Assembly (NCBI GenBank): GCA_038087875.1
Contig: CM075984.1
Span: 11,966,001 to 12,030,000 of the forward strand
Length of the DNA stretch: 64,000 bases
Source: Malacoraja senta
Taxonomy: Eukaryota
Reading direction: 5' to 3'
The notes under the pieces: generated by a model
Database searches by the model: none
The model's input: only the letters and a program-made list of their open reading frames with translations
What the model was told of the DNA's origin: nothing
Made by a program: the position numbers and the translations under genes
Part shown: in pieces, positions 13,738-26,589 of the stretch
Layout: every line of letters starts with the position of its first letter
Position numbering within the stretch: position 1 is the stretch's first letter

Positions 13738-14003
13738 GTTCTGAACTACATAGACTTGGGGGCAATGGTTTTGTCTTTTTGCACTGTTATTGTTTGTTTG
13801 TTTGTTTTATGTGTATGCTTGTATGTATGTGTATATACAATATACAATATAATAAATGAAAACAAATCTATATATATTCATATATAGAACTTTTGTTGTT
13901 TGTTATATTGTTTACAGGATACCATCTTACATTTTCTGTTGTGCTGCAAGTAAGGATTTTATCGTTCTGTCTATGACATATGACAATGAAACACTCTTGA
14001 CTT
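13738..14003 (+). mobile_element. Rex-Babar-type 3'UTR fragment
   Basis: Ends gctgcaagtaagg...atgacaatgaaacactcttgac, the same tail as the 32518-32892 copy, which retains Rex coding motifs. Confidence 0.65.
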
Positions 14004-14086
14004 AACATGCAGCCCTTTGGTGACAGTATTGCATGATAGATTTGTTTCAATATGAGCTCTGCATATATTTTTGTATACAGGTACAG

Positions 14087-14232
14087 TACAGATGTACAGA
14101 TTTGTAGGTTATTTGTTTTCTATAAATTGCCACTAGCGTGCAGGACATGGAGCTAGTGTATGGGTGATTGATGGTTGATGTGGACAGGGCGGGCCAAAGG
14201 GCCTGTTTCCATGCTGTATCTCTAAATTAAAC
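14087..14232 (+). mobile_element. 5'-truncated HE1-like SINE
   Basis: 3' half only, ending gggcctgtttccatgctgtatctctaaa. Confidence 0.75.
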
Positions 14233-14244
14233 TATATTCTATTT

Positions 14245-14408
14245 TTTGTAAAGGAAGGAACTGCAGATACTGGTTTATATCAAAGATAGACCCAAAATGC
14301 TGGTGTAACTCAGCTGGTCAGGCAGCATCTCTGGTGAAAAAGAATAGGTGACGTTGTGGATTCTCCAGAGATACTGCCTGATCCGCTGAGTTACTCCAGC
14401 ATTTTGTG
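14245..14408. mobile_element. Fold-back Penelope-derived element with 14-bp TSD
   Basis: Inverted arms; actatattctattt at 14231-14244 and 14409-14422. Confidence 0.85.
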
Positions 14409-14719
14409 ACTATATTCTATTTGTCCTTGACCTCTCGATCATTTCACTGGGTCTTTGCACTTGAGGTGATTTCCTCAATCCAGGCTTGGTTGAACCAGCA
14501 TTTCCTTTAGTGAAGCTTCATCATTACCATCTGTCACACACCCAGTAACCTCCTCACCAACACATCCCCTTCCTATTGATGCCTCAGGCTGAAGTAAACT
14601 GTTCAAGCTTTTGCTCCCACTTGAACTCTATTACAACTGCAGCCCAGTTCCATACCCAAGTTCATCCATGACCTAAGCTCTTGCCAATTAAATCTTCACT
14701 CAAAAATTAAAATGCTCTT

Positions 14720-15785
14720 AGTCACATTCATAGAAATATACAGTGTGGAAACAGGCCCTTCGGCCCAACTTGCCGACACCGGCCAACAATGTCCCAGGTG
14801 CACTAGTCCCACTTGCCTGCGCTTGGTCCATATCCCTCCAAACCTGTCCTATCCATGTACCTGTCCAACTGTTTTTTAACTGACAGGATAAACCCAGCCT
14901 CAACTACCTCCTCTGGCAGCTTGTTCCATACACCCACCACCCTTTGTTTGAAAACGTTACTCCTCGGATTCATATAAAATATTTTCCCCTTCACCTTGAA
15001 CCTATGTGCTCTGGTCCTCGATTTCCCTACTCTGGATAAAAGACTCTGTGCATTTACCTGATCTATTCCGCTCATGATTTTGTACATCTCTATAAGATTA
15101 CCCCTCATCCTCCTGCGCTCCAAGGAATAGAGACCCAGCCTACTCAACCTCTCCCTATAGTTCACACCCTCTAGTCCTGGCAACATCCTCGTAAATCTTT
15201 TCTGAACAAGCTTGACAATATATTTCCTATAACCTGGTGCCCAGAACTGAACACAATATTCTAAATGCGGTCTTACCAACGTCTTATACAACTGCAACAT
15301 GACCTCCCAACTTCTATACTCAATACTCTGACTGATGAAGGCCAAGGTGTCAAAAGCCTTTTTGAACACCTTATCTACCTGCGACTCGACCTTCAAGGAA
15401 CCATGCACCTGTACTCCTAGATCCCTCTGCTCTACAACACTACGCAGAGGCCTACCATTTACAGTGCAGGTCCTGCCCTTGTTCGACGTCCCAAAATACA
15501 ACACCTCACGCTTCTCTGTATTAAATTCCATCAACCATTCCTCCGCCCGCCTGGCCAATCAATCCTGATCCTGCTGCAATCTTTTACAACCATCTTCACT
15601 CTCTGCAAAACCACTCACTTTTGTATCATCAGCAAACTTGCTCATCCTGCCCTATATGTTCTAATCCAAATCATTGATGTAGATGACAAATAGTAATGGG
15701 CCCATCACCGAACCCTGAGGCACACCACTAGTCACAAGCCTCCAGTCCGAGGAACAACCTTCCACCATTACCCTCTGCTTCCTCT
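14720..15785 (-). mobile_element. CR1 LINE 3' fragment with RT C-terminus (251-aa ORF 14803-15558)
   Basis: The motif for FADD lies near 15630 on the minus strand; WLMEFN, RDLGVQV, LYKTLVRPHLEYCVQFWAP, LERRRMRGNLIE and WNKLPEEVV motifs; CR1 tail. Confidence 0.95.
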
Positions 15786-16720
15786 TAACTTTAATAGAGC
15801 AACACTTTCCATTTATTATCCTGTCTGAAATCTAATTTATCTAAAAACATTGGTATAAATACCTGCCACTGAATCCTACTCTCCCATCTCTCCTATTCTT
15901 GCTAATAGCCATTGAGTCCTGATTCTGTCATTTACAATGATTCAAAATACTTGTCCTGTAATGAGTTGCGTACACATTTCCTGCATAGCTCTGCACATGG
16001 AGAGGAAACTTCACTGTGCTGCCACTGGGTGTGAACTACACTATGTCACATTTTGATAATAAATGACTAAGTAACATCTAAACATAAAATATGCAGACAG
16101 GATTATTAATAAGTATTGGGGACTGATCTAGTCTCCTGTACTTGCACTAAGAGAAAAGCAACTAAAGTCAATACAAATTCTTTACAATGCACTCTTTATA
16201 TTTCATCCCATTTTCTTTTGGCAATTATATAAATTCTATTTGTATTATTAAGGTAACTATATTCAAGTAGCTTCAATAACTGGAGAATGTGTAAACATGT
16301 TTTTAAAACTGTGTCATTTAAAATGTGAAATTCTGTAACTTGGCTCTGGTTACTACATGCTTTGCTGGTGTCTATTGTTTCTTCCCACTGACAATTTACA
16401 TGCAATTAGGTTTGAGCAGCTTCTGTGGTGGGGAGGCAGTTTCAATGATTTGTGTGTTTTCAAACAGGAGTCATAAAACAACAAAGAGGCAAGAGATGAC
16501 AATAAGGACAAGAAGAAGAAATATAATTGCCATTCTGTGAGGAAAAAACGCATAATCTGTGCTAAACATCTACCTTTTGCCACTTAACGCAAGAAGAGCA
16601 AACGGGACATAAGGATCTACAGTAGCTTTGCTATCAGTTTCAAATATTATGTTCTCCTCTAAGCTTTACAATAGTGACAAACCTTTTGAATCCCCAAGAG
16701 ATAAAGTCAAGCAAGTATTT

Positions 16721-16852
16721 TCAATCATTTATCTGGCATGCGACTAGGTTGTGATCATAGCTCCGTCCGAACCTGATGTATTTGAGCCAGCTCCCTATAT
16801 CAGGCTGGCTGGCATCGATGCAGAACTTTACATTGCCTAACTCGTCCAAAAC
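16721..16852 (-). CDS. MECOM: MECOM (MDS1-EVI1/PRDM3) PR/SET-domain exon (EVI1 exon 2 equivalent), apparently disrupted at its 3' end
   Basis: Manual minus-strand translation after acceptor catttttcttccag|G (exon starts 16852) gives VLDELGNVKFCIDASQPDIGSWLKYIRFGRSYDHNLVACQIND*. This matches human MECOM ILDEFYNVKFCIDASQPDVGSWLKYIRFAGCYDQHNLVACQINDQ as I recall it (36 of 43 identical, one-residue gap). TGA at 16721-16723 stands where Gln and the donor are expected. Confidence 0.92.
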   Translation of the reverse strand, partial: VLDELGNVKFCIDASQPDIGSWLKYIRFGRSYDHNLVACQIND

Positions 16853-19019
16853 CTGGAAGAAAAATGTTGAGATAAAATCAATATAGACTGAGTCACAAAG
16901 GAAGCTCGAAACAAACTACGTACCTCCCACATAGCTACAGAAAAAAAACATCTCACTCATACATGTGCACATAAACACATACATGTTGCTACAGTATTTT
17001 AAGAGACGATTTATAAATAATCCCTTTAGCTGAATGCATTTTTGGAGGTAGGTCAACATTTTGTGGACATTTTCTGATGATAAGAGGGGAGTGGAAAAGG
17101 AATCATAATTCCTCTTTCCCTTAGGGTGGAATATAACTCTGACTTTTACTTTGCTAGGTCATGACCTCCTTCCCCTTCTTTGCCCCCAAGAAATCAACAT
17201 CGATGATGCAAAGGCTTCATATCTGCATCAACCATTTATAACCACTAGGTAGCTGAGGTGGTTTTTTTTAATGGTTCCATCAAAGATTACCTTCAGCACT
17301 AAGTTCACTTGAACAAATGTTTGATTGTCTGAACATACACTGGAGAATGTGCACGATTCAATGAAAACACGATGATAGTGGTGGGTCTGCACAAACATAT
17401 TTTGCTGTGTCTATCCACAAAGATGCATAAAATATTGATATTGTGCCTGCTGCTCTCATCCCCGTTATTACATTGATTAGATTAAATAGCAATGAACAAA
17501 ATGTTTCTGAATGGTTTAGGGGGTTAATACAGAAACTCAAGTTAATACAACATTAAAAGACAAGTATTTTAATTGTATTTGACAATAACTCTATAAGGGG
17601 AATGCTAACCTTGATATCAACAGTAACGTTAGTCAGTTGTTTGTCAATGGCACATTATCTTTGTGCATACATGTGTCATAAGACACAAGGGAACACACCT
17701 ACAGATTTACTGCAGTCATCCACGCAATAAAAAAACATAACTCGTTTGCAAGTGCAAACTGTTGTGCCTCCGCGCATCCCGTGGCCAGTGGGCAACATTT
17801 ATTGCTTGAAATATAATATTCAGTTCATTACTTGTGCGAGATAGTTATTGAACAAAATCAGGTCATAATATGTAACCTTCAAAACCATGCAACTTTCATG
17901 ATCTACCTTGAGATATTGTACATTTTAAATAAGTGGCAACTGCAAACAATAACAGCTACGTCTTTTAATTATGGAAATGAGTCTTTATCGTTGACACTGA
18001 ACACATCCACACGCTTTAAAAAAAAATCGCGAAGATCAGAAATTCACGTAGGTACATGTGTCACGTAGGTTTACATGCGACTGAATCTATTGATACAGGG
18101 ATGAGGGCAAGGGAAATAAATACTCTGGTATTCCACCGGAATTTAGAAAAAGAGTATTAGCGACAAAATAGACCTTCAAAACACAAATAATACATTTCAA
18201 TTGGAAAGGGACTTGAGGAGGTGCAATCATGAAACAGAGCAGAGACAATGGAAATCGAAACTATCCCGAGTCCATCAATGATTAAACGCTGCAATTAGTT
18301 GAAACAGCTACGTCATTTAAAACATTTCTTCCCCCAAAATATTATTTTCGTCGAAAATATATTTGCATTTCTTTGGAAGAACTGGTTCTATCTCGCAACT
18401 ACTGAAGGTTAAGAGGCTAGTCTCTGTTTACCTAACCTTCAAGTACTATAACATGCAAATCAGACAGCCTCTACGGGAGCTGCTTCCAGATCATTAACTT
18501 GCAATAACTTTCAGGGACAGACTACTGTATGGTAAGGTGCTGTTAGATTAATCTTAACTGAGTCAATCCGGCCTCCTCTTTTCTCAACAGCGCCGACCCC
18601 CTCACAGTTTACGAAAATTACAGAAATTGAGGGCAACGGTGAAACTCCAGAAATTGCAGCCGTTCAGAACCACTTTGTGGATAAATATTCGCGGCCTGTG
18701 ATTACTCTCGGCGTGGAGACAACTGCCTTCACCTTAACTCTCGCCACTTACAGATAGCGGGGAAGTTGTCGCCGAAAATTGAAGGAGGAGTTTTGAGTCG
18801 CGCTTTATCTAAATATGTTATGATCTATTAGTATTAAATATGTATATTGTAAAATTATACATGGATATTATGTACCCTCTTTTCTGCGTTTCTAAAACAC
18901 AATAAAAAACGTTGGTCATCGCACATTGAGAGTGAAGATACCGTGATCTGACCTACATAAATATAGGTCATATTGGTAAACATCTGGAGCGTGGTTCCAC
19001 ACATCTGTATGAACTAGCT

Positions 19020-19150
19020 CGACACAAAATATTGGAGTAACTCAATGGGACAGGCAGAATCTCTGGAGAAAAGGTGACGTTTCGGGTCGAGACTTGAGTC
19101 AGGGGAAAGGAGAGATATAGACGGTGATGTAGAGAGCTATAGAACAAATT
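19020..19150 (-). mobile_element. Penelope-derived tail remnant
   Basis: gacacaaaatattggagtaactc...ggtgacgtttcgggtcgagac. Confidence 0.75.
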
Positions 19151-19249
19151 AATTAGCTGTTCGGATACTGTTTACACACGGCGAGGGATGAAAATAGAAA
19201 GGTAGATCGTGCTCCTTCACCCTCTTGTTAATAATTAGATATCTGTGGC

Positions 19250-20900
19250 AAAGAGAAAGTGGGTGAAGCGGTAGACCCAGACACAGGCCGTCAGGGACTG
19301 TGGCCGCTGTTCAAAACCGCCTCTCCCACTCCTTCTGGGGCACAGACTCGTCGAAAGTGCGGCTGGTTCCACAGGTGCCGTTTTAAGCCCAGTTACATGG
19401 AAGGGCCTCGATTAGAAAGCGATAGGTAGATAACGTAGGACGCGGGTCTGTCTCCGGTCTAAGAAGAGGAAGCTCCCGTTCCCGAGACGCCGGGGAGAGA
19501 GAGAGAGACAGACAAGAGCGGTCAGATGTCCCGATAATGCGGCAGGAACCCGCGGGAATTATGCAGTGATGCACTTTATTTCTGCTTTGATGTGTTAAAT
19601 GTTTTGTTTGGAGGGGGTGCACGCTGTTACAGGGGTCCATACTCCGGGGAGTTCGCGGTGTGGAGACTCCCGTTAACCGTGAGCCCCGCAGCATTTCCCA
19701 CCGGCAGGCCCATAGTAACAGCGCCAGATACGTGTGCATGTGTTGCGAGAGCGAGGGAAAGAGTATTTAAAAAAAAATAAAACTGGATGAAGTTTGAACG
19801 GAGAGCAACTTTCTTCCGAGTTTGCCGGCTTGTTTTAAAAGTGAGCGGCCGTTTTACTTGCAGGAAACACAGGCAGAGAGAGAGAGAAAGAGTAAGAGTT
19901 TGAAGAGAGGGAGGGAGCGGGCGGTGGGGCGAAGGGCAGCGGCCGCTCCTCGCTGCCGCTGGGGTGTGAGAGAGGGCTGAGAGCGGCCGGCCGGCCGGCG
20001 CTTACCTTCGGGAGCCGGCCGGCGCTTACCTTCGGGATGGGACTGGACGGGGCGTTCACAAACACCAACCTGCTTCAACTGCCGTTAACAAAATCCAAAT
20101 CCAGTTGGTCTGGCCGCCCAGGGCTTTACTCCCGGCTGATCTTTTGCCCCCTTCCCCTCCTTCCCAGACAGCCCCGACTCCTGCTTTGGTTGGGGTTTGG
20201 GGGGTGGGGAGTGATCCCAGCCTCTACGCCGGTCTCTTTCTCTCTCTCTCTCTCTCTCTGACTAACACTCCGGGTTAGTTTATTCGGCCGGCGCAGTAAA
20301 GCTCGGTCAAGGCCATCAAGTTGTGAAGAATCATAGGGTGGGACTTTAGGGGGGTGGGGGAAGCGGCTCCCGTGGGGATGAGTGATCCCCGTGCTGGCCC
20401 GCTGGGGTGGGTGGGTGGGGGTTGCAGTGGGAGGGGGCAAGTGCGGATCTGCTCCCGGCTGAGAGGGGGGTGGGGAGAGAGAGAGTTCCCTGCAAACACG
20501 CGGCTTTCCCTGGACCGAAAGCGCCCTTTTCCTTTCCCTGTCTCTCCGTCTGTCTCTTCCTTTCTTCTCGCTCTGATGAAGTGTCAGACACGTCCTCGAT
20601 CGCCGAGGTCAGCGAAAGGTCGTTATTGGAGAGCGATCTCCTGGCGAGCTCATTAAAAGACAGTAACCCGGTGACCGTCTAACATGGGCTGGATTTAAAG
20701 AGACAGCGTCCCCTCTCTTTCTCTCTCGATTGCATTACCTTCGGCTGGAAGTCAGGATACAATGAAAGCTGCGACTTAATAACGCGTCTATCAGTAGCCA
20801 ACATTGGCTTAGACAGGCAACGCAGCGCTGCTGCTGCGGCCACACTAACCGGTAAAGCATTATCGAGTTAAAGACTCGGTACGCCCTGTTAACACAATGG
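19250..20900 (-). promoter_or_regulatory. MECOM: CpG island core, probable internal EVI1 (PR-minus) promoter with non-coding first exons
   Basis: Dense CpG, GC boxes, GA/TC repeats, and minus-strand donors ccgaag|gtaagc (exon ends 20030 and 20006) and ccgaag|gtaatg (exon end 20739), 3-4 kb upstream of the PR exon. Mammalian EVI1 alternative first exons lie in the same relative position. Transcription start sites cannot be placed from sequence. Confidence 0.7.
19990..20037 (-). repeat. Perfect 24-bp tandem duplication containing a 5' splice site
   Basis: gccggccggcgcttaccttcggga at 19990-20013 and 20014-20037. Confidence 0.95.
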
Positions 20901-22409
20901 AAATCAATAACTAATCAAAATAAAAAAGAAAAACAGGGGCCGATTTGAACAACTTGAGAACGTGTAACGCACTTAAGATAAAGAACGGTTCCGTTTGTGA
21001 TTAAAGTTTGCTTAGAAACGAAAGCAAGTTAAATATGTTCCGTGAAATCTTCGAAACTTTTGTCTTTAACGGTGGCAGTTGTCCTCGCTACACTTTCATG
21101 AACAGAATTGTCGTGTGGTGCCCGAAAGAACAATTTCACGGGAGTGCATTATACTTTGTTTTATCATTGTTTTCTCCCGCACCCACCACTCCAGCTTCAC
21201 AAGGCTTGTGTTTACACACATCAGTTGCTGAAATCGGATCCTTGGCCACACAGAGCTATCTCGATTTCCACTCTTACTTCAAGGTTTCATCGACTGGAGT
21301 GGCTCTAGACCTGTCTTTCCCATTGGCCTTAGGGAGCCAACACTTCAGCTGCCTCCGACTGGATTGCTCCGACTGTTACTCTGCAGTGCTGCTATTCATT
21401 ATCCCTTTGAACGTGTTTTATTCAATATATGTTGAAAAAAATAATGGGATCCGTTCCCATTGATGCAACTTTGCCCAGAGTGGCGCTGCCTTGGGAAAAC
21501 TCCGATTGGGTTGCCCGAGTGAATAGACTGGGACAGAGTTGGGGTCATTGTCCTGCTGCCTCCAGTAACAGAAAGCACCGACGGGTAGACACGATACAGA
21601 AGTTTGACAAACTTTCCGCTGCAGAGGGATCAGAGGTGTTGATGGCAGTGTTGAGGCCGGCAGTTTTCGGTTAAAAATGTGCTAATTACTGCTAATGCGA
21701 TAACTTTTCCATACGATAAATGCACATTAAAAAATACAAGTGAACACGAAGTGATCTAAAAATGTCCTTTTAACAACGGGACGTGAATTACAGTGACACT
21801 GAAAATGCTTTTATCCATACTTATTTAAATTACATATACATACCCTGGAACGAGGATTGTTAACATAACTTCAACGGGTACTTACAGAACATAAACATAT
21901 TTCAGGCGGGGAGATACATGCACTCAGAGATTCACATTCAGATCCACACGCTCAGAGATACATATTCATATGGCTCCTCTTCAGAAAAGCAACTCATTTC
22001 AGGACAGACAGGAAGAATAGATCAGAGGTCACGAATAGGAAAGGGATTTCCCATGAACAAACTGATCATTCAGTGTCCGTGGCATTCCGGGCTGCACCCT
22101 TGGGGGTCCCCCCCCCCCCCCCCCCATTGACGATACTTCAATTCTCTCATTCTGATAGCCCGGGGGATGAGCGTACAGCTATCTGCTAATTGACTTGTTT
22201 AACATTTTACAAGGTGCACAGACGCCGAGGCCTTTCTCCGCGCGGTTACCCTTTTCTGTTCCTTCCAAGTCCAAGACCCGTTCCTCACTCTGCCACCCCA
22301 AGCCATCAGGTCAAACTGTCTCTCTGATGCTAACCCCGCGAGAGACAGATTCAGACACAGGGGGACATTTTGGCTTCGTGTCATTCAGTAAAATAAATGA
22401 TAATTTTCT

Positions 22410-22570
22410 TTGTAATAGGAAGCAACTGCAGATGCTGGTTTACACCGAAAATAAACACAAAATGCTGGAGTAATTCAGCGGGTCAGACAGCATATCTGGA
22501 GAAAAGGAATAGGTGACGCTTCGGGTCGAGACCTTTCCTCAGACTAAGACTCAGGAGAGAAGGAAACTTT
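22410..22570 (-). mobile_element. Penelope-derived tail with hammerhead motif
   Basis: Minus strand reads agtctgaggaaaggtctcgacccgaagcgtcacc plus the full tail. Confidence 0.8.
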
Positions 22571-23585
22571 TTGTTTAAAACATTCGGATTTTTCTCAGCA
22601 GTGGCTGCAACAAAGTATAGTGAAATCTATTCCGTTTGACTTTAAACTTTTAATGAGATATACTCTGGTGGTGAACGACTAAAGAGAGGTTGTGCACTTT
22701 TCAGATAGCACTTTTAAACTAAAGAAACGTTTCGTTCACCCATTTAAAGATATAATCATTATTTTATTTTATGGTTATTCATAATCTGAACACAGGAGAG
22801 ACTTTCAAGCGCCTACTGCAGCGCGCTGCACCTTATGTTTTTGGTGCAGACTTCCTCAAGGATATTAATTCTTTGTCTTGAAAAGCCGCATACAGATGAA
22901 ACAAACCGTGCCGAAACACCCCGAAAGTGCACGTCGAAATTGATTGTATTACTTTAACTAACTCGCTATTTCTGACGTTGCAATGGGGAACAGTTCAGTA
23001 TTACATTTCCAGGTTCACAGTGTGTGTGTGTTTGTTTTGTTGCATGTGGAATTGTTGACGCGCGGCTTTAAATGAGACGCCAGGTATTGCCGGATAAACT
23101 CCGGGATTCCTTTGTAAATAGCACCAAAACCTGGCCAGAGATTCCCATGGATTTCGCGCTGCTGAGAACATCCAGCGAGCCCCGGTTGCTGACCGCCAGT
23201 TTCCTGCCGTTCCTCAAGATGTCCATTGTTGGACCTTTTTAATTTAGCAATAAATTGGACAAGCTGGACCTATGAGCTGTTCTATTTTCTTCCTGTCAGG
23301 ATGAGGGATTTGTTTTATGATGCATTGTGTGTTAAATAGAAGCAGCGGTGAGCTGGGAAACTGATTACTATTATGTGGAGTTGTTCTGCTTTTCTGATAT
23401 AGAGCTGGCTTTTCTTTTTAAAAAAAAGCCAAAGCACAGTTCTCTGAAAAGCAGGAAATGTTGCTGTGTAAACAAAAGGGTCGAGAATCGGGAGCAAGTC
23501 CTGGGCGAATTAGCTTTATATTGATAAGGCTGAGTGAGACTGGGAGCCGGACTCGGTTTCCTGGCGCGCCAATGCCAGAAACTAA

Positions 23586-23599
23586 CCAGCAGATGGCAA
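23586..23599 (+). promoter_or_regulatory. Candidate CTCF-like/E-box motif
   Basis: ccagcagatggcaa resembles the CTCF core CCASYAGRKGGCRS and lies in CpG-rich unique DNA. Motif match only. Confidence 0.3.
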
Positions 23600-26589
23600 T
23601 CGCAATCGATACTAAAATGATCCGACATTAGATTTCGATTTTGGCCAATATACCATTTGTTTTTGCACGTAACTAATATGCTCATCTCGGCATTACTGTA
23701 AACAGTTGTGATTCTAACTGTGCGTGGGGAAAATCTACTAACTTTCATGTGACTTTCCTGGGTCTGGGATTCTGAGTCTTAGTCCCCTTGTTCTGCGCCA
23801 TTTGACCGTGGTGTCCTGACAGCAGTTCTGACCAGTTGTAACCGAAGAATAGCCAGAACAATACCAGGACACTTGAGGATAAGACCAAACAGCCAAGGAG
23901 AAACTGGACAATTGACTGCGACATCGTGCACTCGGCTGAGATGTCACAGAAATCCAGGAAATGACATTAATAACTTATACTGTGTAGTCATGTTAATGAA
24001 AATAACTCGATCTACGGCAACTTTTAAAGGGGCAGTGGTCGGGAAGATTTAATTCATCACAAACTAAGTTTTCTTCCCCAACCTGAATTGTCAATGTTAC
24101 CTTATTACATCTACACCGGGTCATCAACGCATACACACGCTAGCACTTTTACACACGGAGATTCAGAATCGATTCGATAGATAGACCTAATGACATTCGC
24201 ATTTATATAAAGTAATTTACACACACCATCAGATAGATGCGTGGACATATTCGCCGGGACAGAAATGCGCCCACAGACATGCACAGGCAAAAGCATATAC
24301 GTACAAAGGAAACTGCACCTCTAAAGAGACATCCACTTACATTCTGTTGCAATGCCCAACAGAATAATAACAGTGCCCCGTGTGACAATGTACCCCGATG
24401 TCAAACTCGGCCCCACATTTTACTTCGAGGTCTTTGAATAGGGGTGGTGAGTTTTGGATAGGGAGGTTATTACTTGGCTGTATCCCCTAAAGGAAAACAT
24501 GGTTGTATCCAGACTGGGCGAGAACAGTGATGTTTTCTGCAGGAAACAAGTGTGCTGACACTTACTCAAGTGGCTCAGACATTGCAAGTGACCAGCTGGA
24601 ATAGATTCGTGAATCTGTGCCTCTTAAGGGTCAAGGGCGGGCTGAACACCATGGTGGGATGAGTATAAAATAATCAACGACAAACTGGCAGTCAAACTTA
24701 CACTACATTCAATTTTCTTTTTCATTGATTTCAATTGAGGAGGATATGGATTTGGTGAAACCCGGCTGCTAATTTCACGTTGCTAGTGTTGCTTTACCAC
24801 CAAAGACAATTTTAACAACCCGTGGATTTGGGAAACTGTAAAAAAAAATATTAAAAAAGAAAAAAAAAGGACAGGCGAGAAATAAAGATGGAAACATAGA
24901 GTTTTTCCAAAGTTATTGGGGCATTTTATTGCCCTCATCCTGAATAGTTACATGGCTCAGGGGCAGTGAATACAGTACACACAGTATCGCCTCAGTGATA
25001 ATACATAACTGTTGTCTTAATATTGGAAACATTTTAATAATAACCACCAAAAATAGGAGTCATGGACTCCTTTCCTAACAATCAAATGCAGGGAGCTGAA
25101 TTTTCCAGACATACCAATGGTCCATGGGGCATATTTGAGATGTCCTTCACTTCAATGCATCTGGGTACCTGGTATCACCTCATATCTTTCAAGTTGCTTT
25201 TACTTCAACAATTATCTGACAAAGTGTCACATTGAATGACGATATAAAAGAATACAGGCTTTTGAGACACATGGAACAACTATATCAGAGATGAAATGCA
25301 AAACAAAAAGTACAGGAATAAATAAATATTCATTCTCTCTCTCTCTCTTTACTGTGCATGGACATACACAAAAAACAAATATACAGAAGCTCTTATTGAA
25401 GTAAACCCACCGTTCATGGACTCGTGCAACAAGATAAGGGAAAAAAATGCAGACATGCAGATAACTACACATATGAAAATAGCACATAAAACATGCACAC
25501 AAACCGAATTGCACTGACATCCTTAAACACATACATATTTAAAACATATTGAAATGTATACTTAAGGAAAATAACTCCTTTGCCTCTTAGAGCCTATTTT
25601 GAAGATATAAATAAAACTGAAGTAGTTATTTTCATACAAAATGTGATATTGACACGTGTCGTCTCCCCTTTAAAACGAACAAGGTTTTTTTTAAAAGAAG
25701 CTTTCCTCTTTAAACAATGTCTTGGGGAGACATTTCCTGAAAAGGATTTCAGAACAGGAAAAGCCAGTAGTTCTGCAAACCAATTTTTATGTCAGAGAGT
25801 GACAAACATAAATACCGTAGTTTTAAGATAGAGAATGTCCCAAGACATTTGATAGGAGGACTGAAATGAATGAATCGATACTGAACCATAAATCAAGGGG
25901 GAGGTGAAAGGGCATGCATGAGAAAAGCAAAATGACAGAGGTACAGGGGAATACATGGGGAATGGGAACGGTAATATGGCAGGGATTCCTTCCCCTGCAA
26001 GCTGGCAAGGGCCTGATGGGCTAAATGGCTGCTTCTGTTTTGTAGTATAAGATGAAAGGAGAGATTAAGAGGGACAACAGAAGGTTGGCATTGGAGAAAA
26101 ATACTTAAAATATATAAAGAGGGATGGCCAAGAGGGATTTGTGCTGAAATAGTTGATAGAGTTTACAACATATTGTGAGTTAATGATCTGCATCAGAGGA
26201 ATTAAAGGGTGATTCTATTGTGTGGGAGGAGGGGGTCGGAAGTAACAAAAGGTGAATATCACCTTCTCCCCATTGGTCAATTATTTCCTTATCCCTTTTA
26301 ATTCTCTGCATCAGTGATCTTCCTTAATAGCATTCCTTGAATCTATTATGCCTTAGGTAAAAATGCTATGCCCAATTTCTCAGCTTCATCATCATGATTC
26401 CTAATTTTGCTCATGAGAGGTCACAGTTCTGCAGGATCTGCCCCTTCCAGTCTCTCCAACTTGGTGATGCTGGAATATCCAAACCCCTTCACCTGTCTAC
26501 TCCAGCACCCTTCTTTATTGAAGCACTCATTGTATGCCAGGCCATTCAGGGACAGCCATTGTTAAAGTCACATAGGGATTGCAGATCAC

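Noticed and set aside
14803-15558. 251-aa ORF as a host gene
   Set aside because: It is the C-terminus of CR1 ORF2 in a 5'-truncated copy.
1-16680. Next MECOM exon (IFYRV...GEELLLFMK)
   Set aside because: I could not find it by eye on the minus strand. It probably lies left of the window, but a tBLASTn search is needed to exclude a missed copy.
16700-16735. Rescue of the exon by a U12/AT-AC or GC donor, or by TGA readthrough
   Set aside because: cag|ataaat lacks the ATATCCTT U12 consensus, no good GC donor is in phase, and readthrough to the 16683 donor is out of frame.
16721-16852. Exon as PRDM16 rather than MECOM
   Set aside because: KFCIDASQPD.GSWLKYIRF and HNLVACQIND fit MECOM as I recall it; PRDM16 reads KFCVDANQAGAGSWLKYIRV and QNLTMCQI.
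21008-21463. 151-aa plus-strand ORF upstream of the CpG island
   Set aside because: Non-ATG start and no recognisable homology.
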